DNA of 63,346 nucleotides, the filler included, from Chiloscyllium plagiosum (lineage: Eukaryota): the NCBI RefSeq assembly GCF_004010195.1. It is 4 parts of one record of this genome, joined end to end, with 100 filler letters (N's around TTAATTAATTAA, not from the genome) between each part and the next. Parts side by side here need not be neighbours in the genome. Positions count along the whole stretch, not along the records: positions 58,622 to 63,346 come from NC_057715.1; 3 more parts are not named here. The stretch is one strand, 5' to 3'. Made by a program: the position numbers and the translations under genes. Below the pieces are notes generated by a model that saw only the letters and a program-made list of their open reading frames with translations, was not told where the DNA came from and did not search any database. Shown piece by piece: positions 63,030 through 63,346 of the stretch. Every line of letters begins with the position of its first letter. The stretch's first letter is position 1.

Positions 63030-63346
63030 TGTTGAGCTGAAAATGTGTTGCTGGAAAAGCGCAGCAGGTCAGGCAGCATCCAGGGAACAGGAGAATCGAC
63101 GTTTCGGGCATAAGACCTTCTTCAGGAATGAGGAAAGTTTGTCCAGCAGGCTAAGATAAAAGGTAGGGAGGAGGGACTTGGGGGAGGGGCGTTGGAAATG
63201 TGATAGTGGAAAGAGGTCAAGGTGAGGGTGATAGGTCAGACTGGGGTGGGGGCGGAGAGGTCGGGAAGAAGATTGCACGTTAGGAAGGTGGCGCTGTGTT
63301 CAAGGCTTGGGACTGAGACAAGGTGCGGGGAGGGGAAATGAGGAAA
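63030..63346 (-). mobile_element. Young Neptune-type PLE 3' end, cut by window edge
   Basis: Near-identical to 58099-58410; hammerhead motif at ~63095-63127 with one stem II mismatch. Confidence 0.88.

Noticed and set aside
1187..63278. Remaining 60-150 aa ORFs in the track
   Set aside because: Antisense or off-frame readings of SINE, LINE and PLE copies, or chance ORFs without recognisable homology

Overview
Repeat-dense vertebrate intronic DNA, very probably from a cartilaginous fish (inferred from HE1/V-SINE and CR1/HER1-type repeats, not proven). The only host coding sequence I can support is one 187-bp internal exon of a KLHL1/4/5-family kelch gene on the minus strand (50278-50464, best match KLHL1). 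Neither neighbouring exon was found by eye, so the window is essentially two large introns. These hold CR1 LINE fragments, tRNA-derived V-SINEs, Rex1/Babar LINEs, Deu-domain SINE relics, a solo LTR, decayed PIF/Harbinger transposons and at least three families of Penelope-like elements (PLEs). The strongest signal is the PLE set. Their 3' ends carry minimal type I hammerhead-ribozyme motifs, and many copies are fold-back insertions with 13-14 bp target-site duplications (TSDs) and a ~30-40 nt tail on one arm, ranging from ~1.8 kb down to ~200-bp palindromes folded at the ribozyme core and a 67-bp minimal insert. A ~1.36 kb non-autonomous element with a Rex1-type 3' tail and a 36-bp minisatellite open on both strands is also unusual. 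Three 100-bp assembly spacers (N44-TTAATTAATTAA-N44) and one 24-N gap mean adjacency across them is unproven. Repeat boundaries are by eye (tens of bp), and family names come from recalled motifs, not database searches.
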